From: Catajapyx aquilonaris | Taxonomy: Eukaryota | Assembly: GCA_000934665.2 (NCBI GenBank) | Contig: KZ538495.1 | Span: 1-64,000 of the forward strand | Direction: 5' to 3' | DNA: 64,000 bases | Shown: positions 1-9,556 of the stretch, in pieces | How the letters are laid out: each line of letters starts with the position of its first letter | How positions within the stretch are numbered: position 1 is the first letter of the stretch | The notes under the pieces: model-generated | Told to the model about the DNA's origin: nothing | The model's database searches: none | The model's input: only the letters and a program-made list of their open reading frames with translations | Made by a program: the position numbers and the translations under genes

Positions 1-1429
1 TTTATTTAATTTGGTCCAAAAGGAACCTCAAGTTTAAAGTAAAACGCACACGCCCGTGTCTCTCCAATTTACCGGCTTCCTTGCCTGGCTTCCCTCTACC
101 CTAGTATTTCCCAGAATGTTGCTGGGAGGGAGAGAATTTTCGCAATGCATGGGCTTCTGTTGCATATATCTGCTCACGTCATTCGCAGGAATTCAAATGC
201 TATAAGAATGACTGACTCCACGGACTCCACCTGGCCTGCTCAAAATCATGGGGTTACCACTTCCATCACTCGCATATTCAGTCCAGTAAAGATTGTTAAG
301 AAGTTCCAAATGACAGACCTTGTGGCACCCACTTGGGGATGTACTAATGCTATTTTCTAGTTTAGTATTGTCCAATAGAATGGACACTTAACAGAAAAAA
401 TTCCTGTAATGAGCAGTTCACTATAATTATGCAGGTTTCTTTGCATGAACTGTAAATGATGAATTCGTGAAAATTTGTTTATTCAGGGGGAAAATACATC
501 ATGGGCATAAAATCAAATGGTGCAGACATAAGTGTGGCAAGCCAAACTGTTGCAGTGGCACATTTACATGAAAAGAATGTCGCTGACTCATTCTTGTGGA
601 CGTAAGATTGGACAAAATATTTCAGTTTAAATATACAGTTACAGTATTTGTAATTGTTTGTTTTTTTAATTCCAACTGTTTTGACCAGTGTGACATTGAT
701 TCATCCACCCATTTAGGGCTCAACTCAATGGGGAATGAATTTTTCAGCACACTCTGGAAATGGTTGCAATGTTAACACCTTTACACAAAAGTTGTTATAG
801 TACACCTACACTGTATGTACAATATTGTACACAGAAATACAGAAGTGTAATTTTTTTTTCTCTCCGCATTCTAACTCCATAGTGGTATGCAAAAGGAGTC
901 TCGATAGGTTCCTATAGGAAACCATCTGAAGCTACAGTTTGCACACTGTTGAGAACCGGTGTTAGAGTAGCCTGGTGTGAAGGTACTAGAAGGTGACTTA
1001 AAATGATCTAGAGATAACCTTTGGCTTAATGTAAGATTAGGTGACATTGGTACTCACTTTATTGTAAATCACATAAATTAGTGCTAGATCTACTTTATGG
1101 CCCAAGTGTCTTATTGTGCAATAACTGGACTCATTTAGGAATCATTCTACGATTGGGCACAGGCTACCTTGGATGGTTAAAGTTACCTCTAGCAGGCTTT
1201 TTGACATGATAACATCAACTTCGTTGGGCTATTGCCACTTTGCCACAAGCTGTGGCATGCTCTGGACTAGTGCCACCCACATTTTGGAGCATCACAATTG
1301 ATTAAATTGTGTCACAATGATCAGTGCAGGTTATGCACTTGAAATGCATCATTTCCGCCATATCTCATATAATGGCACCCTGATGCACCCTTTTTTACTC
1401 AAACTCCCCTTACAATTAATGGCCACTTT

Positions 1430-3952
1430 TCACACATATGTGGACTGCACCTCTGTTTGTGGAACTGGGACCCACTTAGACAGCACTTTTGGCTTGAACA
1501 GCTCACTGAAAGTTCTCCGGAATTGTTTGCTCATGCAGCAGTAGAGTATGAAGTTGATGGCGCTGTTGATGAGTGCTAATATGTCCATGATATCTCCAAG
1601 AGACCTGTAGCAGTTGAGGAAGAAACTCTGCCCATGTATCCCGCTGAGGAGGGCCAAGATCCCCTGTGGAAACTCAGTGACCAGGAAAAGCAGCAGCACT
1701 GCAATCAGCATGCGAGTTGTTCGATCTGTCCTCTTTTCATACTTGCTAGCTTTCCTGTCAGCCACTGCAGCAGGAACCTGATGATGATTCAGTTGTTGTT
1801 TTCTTTGATTGGCTCTATAGAGCGCACGGATTAGCCAGTAGCTTAATGCAGTGAGTGCAATGCAAGGGAGGAGTTTGATGACCACGCTGTACAACCAAAA
1901 GTGTACCCGATGAAATAGTCCATCCCTCGCTTTTGCAATGTCACTCAGGTTGAGGAAGTAGACACGTACACGTGGGTCATCGTGCAAGCGCTCACCCTAC
2001 AGAATAGAAAACAGGCAGAATAATAATGTGAGCTAATGGAGCTGATGTAGTACAATTCTTAGGGTCAGAAAAATGTATGTACAGGGAAAGTTGATTGTTA
2101 GTATGCCAATTTTAGGCATAGATTATTTGACAAGCTTCACCCGAAGATGGCTGTATCATGCTTTAAGCATGCCTGTCAGCTAATATCAATAATAGCTGTA
2201 GCCACCTAGCGTCGAATATCTGGCTTGGGCCGCGAAAATTAAATCGCGGACAAAATGGCAGATTCCGCTGCTGAAGCTAGGCGCTCATCTGATCAGTTTT
2301 ATTTTTTTACTCATATTTAGAATGCGATTTTCGCAATGCAGTGAATGTCCTGGGATTCGCAAGGAATGTGTCTTAGGAACTGCGAAAAGATGATTCTGTG
2401 ACAATCTTTGTTGCTGTAGAGAACTGGTCATTTTCTTCCTGAGACCAAATGCCCATTTAAATGGACATACGAAAAATGGCATTTTTAGCTGAATGGGTGT
2501 GACTTTTCTTTACAGGCCTGTACCTATACACCCATAAGGAAGTGCGCTTTTCACTATGCACTTCAGTTTTGAAATCTAGAATAGCATTGTACCACTTTAG
2601 CGGGTAAGAAGGGAAGGAGCAAGCCCCATCCCTGGAGTGGTGGCGTTAAAAAATAATTTCATTTATCTTTAATTGTCTTCTGAGAGGAATTTCTACCACA
2701 AATTCCACAAATGAATTTTAAAAACATTGTTTGGAGGATAGAGCACTATGTAAGTGATCCATTAAGTGGTATTTCAATTTTCTGCTTTCATCCGTTCTGC
2801 TTTTGTAACACCAATTGGGTCCTAATGTTCTCATTGGTTGTTTGTCGCCATTTTTGTCGATATTTTAAAACTAAAAAAATTTTCTCGTTTCTTATTGGGA
2901 ACATGTTCAGAAAATGCAATAGGAACTGACATTGCGTTAAAAAATTCTTCTCGGGTCCCAGGAGGATATATATTGTGAATAGGAATATTTGTCTGCTTTT
3001 AAAGCACTTTAAACTATTACAGAATTTTTAAAAATAAGTGGAGAAAGGAATTTGCTGTGGACTGGTTTTTGAAACTATCCCATCATTTTTTACATGTGTA
3101 AAAGGGAAAAACCTTTGCAGAATGAGCAGCTTCACTACTGTAATTGAATTCTGGTCATCTGATATTCCAAGTTGTGCCAAAAACAGTGAACTGTGCTATC
3201 GACATTTTTTTCCAACACATCCTTACCTGTATGGAGAAGATGAGGAAGGAGGGTATGCAGAGTATTACAGGGCAGACATATGCTGCTGCAATGGCCAACC
3301 TGCACCTCTCCCTGCTGCAAAGGGATTGGCAGCGTTGGGGGTGTCGGATGGCCAAATATCGCCAAACTGCCAGGGTGACTGTCAGCCATATCGAAATTGT
3401 GTGGAATACCTAGATTAATGGCAAGAGGCAATGTGTAAATAACTTTCAAAAGGAGAAAGGCTGAATCAACATTACCTGTGTGAAATGTGAGTGGAAAAGC
3501 ACAAAAACAGCCCAGCCGTAGGAGTATTGCACCTCGAGTGGCCTGTCTGTGATTATGTTCATGTGGCAGACATATGGCACATATTCCACCATCACAAGCA
3601 TGTCGGCAACTGCTAATGCTGTTAGGATGGAGTTGATGGGGGAGGACATGTGCTTCCTAGTCAGCACTATGATATTGAGCACATTGGCAATGGTTCCAAA
3701 GACACACACCACCAAGCTTAGGTACCCATGGAATTCACGATAGCTCTGGCCAATGTTCTTCACTTGGTTTCCACAGTATATCTCTCCCTCTTTGCGGTTG
3801 TAGTGAGATGTGTAGTTGTGGAAATTCTGCAATTCCTCCTCACTGAAGTTGAAAATGCGTTGGAGCTCTTTCATCTTCTTCAGGGTCTCCAAGCCTGGGT
3901 CACCCAGGCCCATGGTCACATCCATGGCTTGTTCGATGGTTAGAGGGTTCAT
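1430..3952 (-). CDS. MsR: Myosuppressin receptor-like (DmsR/dmsr-1 family) rhodopsin-class neuropeptide GPCR, about 408 aa, 3 coding exons: 3952..3476, 3409..3227, 1996..1430
   Basis: The joined exons are in frame with phase-0 GT-AG introns: FTQ|gtaatg...tctag|VFHTISIWLTVTLAVWRYLAI, and FSIQ|gtaagg...tgtag|GERLHDD. The product has a 7-TM pattern with motifs I recognise from myosuppressin receptors: HGYLSLVVCVFGTIANVLNIIVLTR, LAVADMLVM, WRY in place of DRY, RTDRTTRMLIAVLLLFLVTEFPQG, NSAINFILYC. The ATG at 3952 is inferred; in-frame ATGs further downstream are possible. An acceptor at 4044-4043 implies further 5' UTR exon(s). Confidence 0.9.
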
Positions 3953-4252
3953 TCGGGGAGATGTGTTGTTACTTATGCATGGTAGATGAGGTTGCAAGTC
4001 TCACATCTGGCACCAGTGAGGGGACGATGATTTTACCACAGCCTAGAATGGGAGTAAACAATTTGGTCAAAATAGTGGAGTATAATAATCTTTTATGAGT
4101 AATCAGTGTATTTTTTAATTATGTACCCTGTTGTGGGTTGTAGGCCCTATGGGGGGGCATATGAGTAACCAGTGTATTCATTACATATTAAGAATCAGCT
4201 GCAGTCAAACATACAACAAAAAATATATATCCATTTGTAATATTCTCTACTT

Positions 4253-4474
4253 ATATAATTCATATCCCGTTATCAGCCGGCGGCTCTTTAGGGGGGATTT
4301 TTTTTTTTTTGACTGGAACTCTTCGTTTCGTTTTTACTGCGCTTTTTGGGATAGGATAGGAAAGGAAGGAGGCGGCTGTGGCCTATTAGTTTAGGAAACA
4401 ACTCCGGAATTCTCCTGGAGGAACCGTGGGAAGCCACAGAAAACCACGGTTAGAGTTGCCGGCACCGGGATTCC
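4253..4474 (-). mobile_element. 5'-truncated tRNA-derived SINE (same subfamily as 7543..7897)
   Basis: Its reverse complement matches the 7543 copy from the B-box region onward, apart from a short internal deletion. It is flanked by the 14-bp direct repeat aatattctctactt (4239..4252 and 4475..4488). Confidence 0.88.
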
Positions 4475-5603
4475 AATATTCTCTACTTCCTGCCCATATC
4501 GCAGCATTGGTGGAAATATCGTAGTTGTTAAGGGTTGCGACTACATAAAATTACAGGATGAAAAGAAGAGTCGGCGATATACCTCACTACCTTGACGAAT
4601 TGTTGTGCCGCTTTGCTCTGGTTTGGAAAAAGCCATGGGTGGAGTGCAGTAATGCCAATTGTTGCTTGAGTATTACAGAAAAGTGACACTCAACGTGACT
4701 GCATGCTGCAGCCAGTCTTTTTTCCTTACCACAATTTAGCGTTGGTATTTGATGGATGGTATATGACATTGCTGTTGCAGTAAACCTGTCTAGTGGAGTC
4801 ACTCTATGCTGCAAAAAATTTTCTTGTCTGATTGTATTTTTACTGTATGCAACAGGAAGCTGCATTGAAATTCCTGTAGTGTACTGGGACCTAACGAAAT
4901 AATGTTCCTTAATGGACAAGTTTCCACCCTCTCCTGGGTCCATTAGAAACAAGTTTCACTGCATGGTATAAACATGAGTTTCAGATCTCCAGGTTGAATG
5001 AATTAATTGCAGACTACCATAATTATGAGGTGGATGAAATACTGGGTGTATCGTCTATAGCGGCACTACTAAACTGAGCAAAATAGGAGTTACAAATCAA
5101 CTCAAATGTTTGGTAGAAATTCTACTGACGACATTTTTCTTGGAGCATTACACCTACAACCATAAATTCCTTACAATAAGTAGTGGAAACTTTTAGAAGA
5201 GTGACCCTTTCTGCCATGAATCTGAATCATTTGCAGTCTATCCAAATTGGTGAGTAAACTGTTTGATGGTGTGCCATTTCATGAATTCACATTAGATTAC
5301 CAACCGTTCAAAATTTACTTTCAAAAATTAAAAGTTTGAAACAGAATAATTTACAAATAATTTAAAAATCAAAGTCCTAACATATGAGTCCAACCAAACA
5401 CACTAAAGCTGCTTTCTTTGTTTTTTGTGTGTGGTGCTGTAAATCTCCTATAATGTACAGTATACAACTTTTCATTTCCACACCCTGTTTTTTTCTGAAA
5501 CCTAACTCTGTCATAAAACGGGGGCCTACATGTACTTAATGATGTGCATTGCAACCAAAATACAGACTCCTTATCTCTTTCAGGTAGGCAAGAAAAGGTG
5601 AAG

Positions 5604-5816
5604 ATGACTGAGACAGAGAACAGCATGATGCTAACCAAGGAAGCATTTGAGATCCTAAGTGAGCTTTCCCACATTCTGCAGACTGGTTTAGATGCAGAGG
5701 CCTTAGCCATCTGTGTTCGACTGTGTGAGAGTGGAGTCAATGCAGAAGCTCTGGCATCTGTCATCAAGGAACTGCGGAAAGAAGCAGGAAAAGAAGAGGT
5801 CAAGGAGTGGAAATGA
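5604..5816 (+). CDS. MZT1: Mitotic-spindle organizing protein 1 (MOZART1, gamma-TuRC component), 70 aa
   Basis: [45 protein letters not shown] matches the MOZART1 family signature (LxTGLDxxxLxICxxLCExGVNPEALAxVIKELR). A polypyrimidine acceptor (ccttatctctttcag) ends at 5583, a candidate upstream donor ttg|gtgagt lies at 5250, and AATAAA occurs near 5972. Confidence 0.92.
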   Translation: MTETENSMMLTKEAFEILSELSHILQTGLDAEALAICVRLCESGVNAEALASVIKELRKEAGKEEVKEWK

Positions 5817-6380
5817 AGTGTACTGTTTAACATCTTGAAATACGCCAATGTTTTTCATTTTAAAGTTCCTTTACTTGCCAATGCTAATCATATTCATTAC
5901 TATCTTCTTGGTAAATAAGTATGATGACTTATTTGTTGCGATAGCTACAGTTGCATCCCTCATGTGTATTAAATAAAACTTCCGTTTTGTAACTAATGAG
6001 GCCTTTTCTTCAATTTGCATATACACATGCAAAAGTTCCCAACTGTAAGGAGCATTCAACCAGCTAAAAATATCAAATGCTTGCATCAACATACATCCTG
6101 CCCTTACGAGAGTACAGTGGAACCCCGATTATTATCTGACCTTGGATAATCCAAGGAGTTGAATAAAATTATCCAACTCCTCGGTTTATCCGGCCCCATT
6201 CCGGCAATAAATTTATGCTTTCTCATGAAGTACTGTAATGTTTTACGCATTTGTCTGTTTTGCCTTCGTTAAATTGTAAATATAGTACAGTAGGGTGTGT
6301 ATGTGTAAAAGATAAATACTTCACTATATCAGAGAAAACCATAATATAAGTTATTTCAGGTTTTTATGTTGTGTTTTTGT

Positions 6381-6636
6381 GACCGAAGCAGTAGTGGTGT
6401 AGTGGTATGGTGTCCGACTGCTAATCGGGAGGTCCTGGGTTCGAATCCCGGAGGCCGGCGACCCTGACCATGGTTTTCTGTGGTTTCCCATGGTCCTTGC
6501 AGGATAATTCCGGGGTCGTTACCGTAATATAGGCCACAGCCGCCTCCTTCCTTCCCTTTCCCTGCTTCATTCCGGNNNNNNNNNNNNCCCCCCCCCCCCC
6601 CCTAGGAAAGCCCGTAGGCTGATAATGGGGTATCAA

Positions 6637-6684
<48 letters not shown>
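6381..6684 (+). mobile_element. Full-length tRNA-derived SINE with (ATT)n tail; contains a 12-N assembly gap
   Basis: A-box-like tggtgtagtgg, anticodon-loop-like ctgctaa, B box ggttcgaatcc and an (ATT)n tail. The 15-bp TSD atgttgtgtttttgt lies at 6366..6380 and 6685..6699. Confidence 0.9.
6576..6587. other. Assembly gap (12 N) next to a poly-C run inside a SINE
   Basis: The Ns are visible in the sequence. Confidence 0.98.
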
Positions 6685-6686
<2 letters not shown>

Positions 6687-7542
6687 GTTGTGTTTTTGTT
6701 GTGTTTCATTAAAGTTTTTTTATTCCTCGGATTATCTGGCCATGCCCCGGTCCCATGGGTGACAGATAATCGGGGTTCTACTGTAACTATTTTTCCCTTC
6801 CAGCAAGCTGTTGTAACATGTTGTGTTACATAATTATGTAGTGTATGCCATTTCAATAAATGTTACTGTACAATATTGTGCAAGACTACATTGGCAAAAA
6901 AATGTGACATACAACATGGCATTTGCATTGTTTGTTTCGCATTGTAGTACATTACTTCCCAGTGCATCAAGGATGGAGTTTGCTTCTGGAAAGTACTGCT
7001 GTGTTCCTCAGAGGGCAGTGCACATGTGGGCAAGATGTGAGGTGCAAGTTGATTCATGCAGGCTTCCACCTGCACCTGCTTGCCGAGCTGCTTGGCATAC
7101 TTGCTGGGGTACAATGGCAGGTTTTTTTCAGTACTGTACAGTAATCAAAAAATATAATCAGAAGCTTTGATATTACAATAATGGGTTATTGTGTGCTTTA
7201 AAATGCTAATTAGCCACACTTCATTTACTAGACATATCCATTATAAATGGCCCATGTCCAGCCAGGTAGGACAGTGGTGGAGAGTATGATCCAACTTTTT
7301 GAAGTGAAACTAAAATAATAGTTGCTTCTCTCCCACACCTATTGTCGGTTTGTAAGAGCCATCCCAACGATAAGAGTTATGTATGGTATTTATGATGCCA
7401 CTATCATAAACAGGTGTATTATAATGTTTCATTTATTATACAAGGAAGTTTCAGTAGGTAAGAAAAGTGAATTTTTGTTGCATCCTGCACTGCACATATC
7501 AAGTGAAATACTGTATACAGTATTTTATAATTAACCTTTTGA

Positions 7543-7833
7543 ACCGAAGCAGTGGTGGCGGAGGGGATATGGTATCCGACTGCTAATCGGGAGGTCCTGG
7601 GGTTCGAATCCCGGTGCCGGCAACTCTAACCGTGGTTTTCTGTGGTTTCCCACGGTTCCTCCAGGAGAATTCCGGAGTTGTTTCCTAAACTAATAGGCCA
7701 CAGCCGCTTCCTTCCTTTCCTATCCTATGTAATGATTCCTATCCCAAAAAGCGCAGTAAAAACGAAACGAAGAGTTCCAGTCAAAAAAAAATCCCCCCTA
7801 AAGAGCCGCCGGCTGATAACGGGGTATGAATGA

Positions 7834-7896
<63 letters not shown>

Positions 7897-7897
7897 T
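7543..7897 (+). mobile_element. Full-length tRNA-derived SINE with (ATT)n tail
   Basis: Head accgaagcag...ccgactgctaatcgggaggtcctggggttcgaatccc, shared central body and (ATT)n tail. The 13-bp TSD attaaccttttga lies at 7530..7542 and 7898..7910. Confidence 0.9.
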
Positions 7898-8021
7898 ATT
7901 AACCTTTTGACGACGGAGTTTTTGAGCCATTGCATTGCCTTACCCCAGGGCCTGAGTTCTTTTTCCCCTTTTCCGGAAATTTGATGAAGAGTGATATTAA
8001 TGAATAATAATCCGCGGACTG

Positions 8022-8061
8022 CCCGGATTACCCCTGGATTACCCGGATTACCCAGATTACC
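8022..8061. repeat. Short tandem repeat, about 4 x (cccggatta)
   Basis: cccggattacccctggattacccggattacccagattacc, read directly. Confidence 0.8.
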
Positions 8062-8079
8062 TACAGTCACCTGATCATA

Positions 8080-8308
8080 ACCGAAGCAGGTTGGCATAGT
8101 GGATAGGGCGTCCGACTGCTAATCGGGAGGTCCTGGGTTTGAATCCTGGTTCCGGCAACCCTGACTGTGGTTTTCTGTGGTTTTCCACGGTCCTTCCAGG
8201 AAAATTCCGGAGTTGCTTCCGCATAATAGGCCACAGCCGCTTCCTTCCCTCCCTATCCTTGGAGGTTGAAAGGCAATGCTGGGCCAACCTCCCTAATATC
8301 AATTATAA
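8080..8308 (+). mobile_element. tRNA-derived SINE, variant with a short, different 3' end
   Basis: Same head (accgaagcagg, tggcatagtgg A box, ggtttgaatcc B box) and body as the other copies. The 13-bp TSD agtcacctgatca lies at 8065..8077 and 8309..8321. Confidence 0.85.
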
Positions 8309-9465
8309 AGTCACCTGATCAAAATGACCCTGTGACCCATTTTAGAGGGTGGTAGAGGTCAAATTCCAACCTCGCCGATTTTCTACTGTATGCCACACGC
8401 GAAGCCAAAGAAATTCAATTTCTCTACTTTAAAAACTCTCATGTAGATTTCACGCCTTACTCTATTGGGCCAATCACAGGTAACAAGAAAATTCACTTGC
8501 AAACATTTTTTGTCAATGATATGTAATGATGTGATGACTTTTTATAAGGAATTGCTTAGAATTTGGCAACAGTGACAAAATTCGCGTTGTCAGACTGTGT
8601 ATCTGATCTACTCGTGAGTGCTTGGATGTTGTATAGCCAGCCAGGTGGACATTCACCTACTGTATAGACTATATAATACGCTGCCTGCTCAGCCAGATTC
8701 CTTAACCCTAGTTTAGCATAGGGATAGCCTACTCTGCGTTTGAAAGTTAGATTACCTGGGACTCGATTCGTATATAGACACTGCAGTCTGAAGGTGAGGG
8801 GTGATTTGACTGCCAAGGAGGAATCAGCGAGTTTACCAGAGCTTGAGCCAAGTCTGACCTGACTTAACCCCGGTGATGTCTTGGCCTTGCTATAGCTCAA
8901 GTTGGATTTCTCAAGGAGAGAGGTATACGAGGGAAAGGAACCACCTGATGAACCTGGATGAGAGCCACGTGTTGAGAAACGATATTGATTGCAAAGTTTA
9001 CAGTTCTTCAGGAGCGAGTCGAAACACACTGTTCACTTCAGGATAAAATAAAATAATCCATAGTAGGCTTATACAATAAGTTATTCTTCAACTAAATGAT
9101 ATATATGTAGTTCAGTATTATGCAGGATTGTTGACCTCAGTTTTTACGTACCGATGACTAGCGTAAATTGCCACATTGCGTATATAGCCCATTATTTGTA
9201 TGATGAAGCTACAGCCCTCATGAAGAGGGATTTGCTTTTGGCCGCAATATTAGCAGACCGTGCCAGTGTCATCTGCTGGTCTGTTCCCTGTTCGCAGGAC
9301 ATTACAGGCAGGATGCAGCTGCTACCTGCAGGTTTTTGCTTCCACACTTTGGGTCAAGAGGAAACTTCCACTCCAAACCTGGCCCCATTAACAAGCCTCG
9401 CCTTAATGAGCCAAGGCGATTTAAAGTAAGGCTTTAATATCTCATGCTCCTTTCACATCGCAGCC

Positions 9466-9556
9466 AACATGGACTATACCTGATGATATGTCATACCTAA
9501 TATGTGTAACCTCATCGTGTACGATGAGGTTACACATATTAGGTATAGTCCATGTT
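9466..9556. repeat. Near-perfect inverted repeat (hairpin)
   Basis: 9493..9518 is the exact reverse complement of 9521..9546 (26 bp, 2-nt loop). The outer arm 9466..9481 pairs with 9541..9556. Confidence 0.9.

Larger units (their letters stand above)
6115..6783. mobile_element. Tc1/mariner/pogo(Tigger)-like MITE with TA flanks, interrupted by a SINE
   Basis: Imperfect TIRs TA-cagtggaaccccgatta..tatctg and cagataatcggggttctactg-TA. Internal ctcggattatc-like repeats and short hairpins are present. Confidence 0.75.

Noticed and set aside
5369..5848. 159-aa minus-strand ORF, and similar antisense ORFs over the GPCR, SLC52A and LDHD exons
   Set aside because: These are shadow ORFs antisense to real coding exons, with no recognisable homology.
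6381..8160. tRNA-Ser(GCT)-like genes at the SINE heads
   Set aside because: The acceptor stems do not pair properly and there is no long variable arm. Each head continues into a shared SINE body with a TSD, so these are SINE heads, not tRNA genes.
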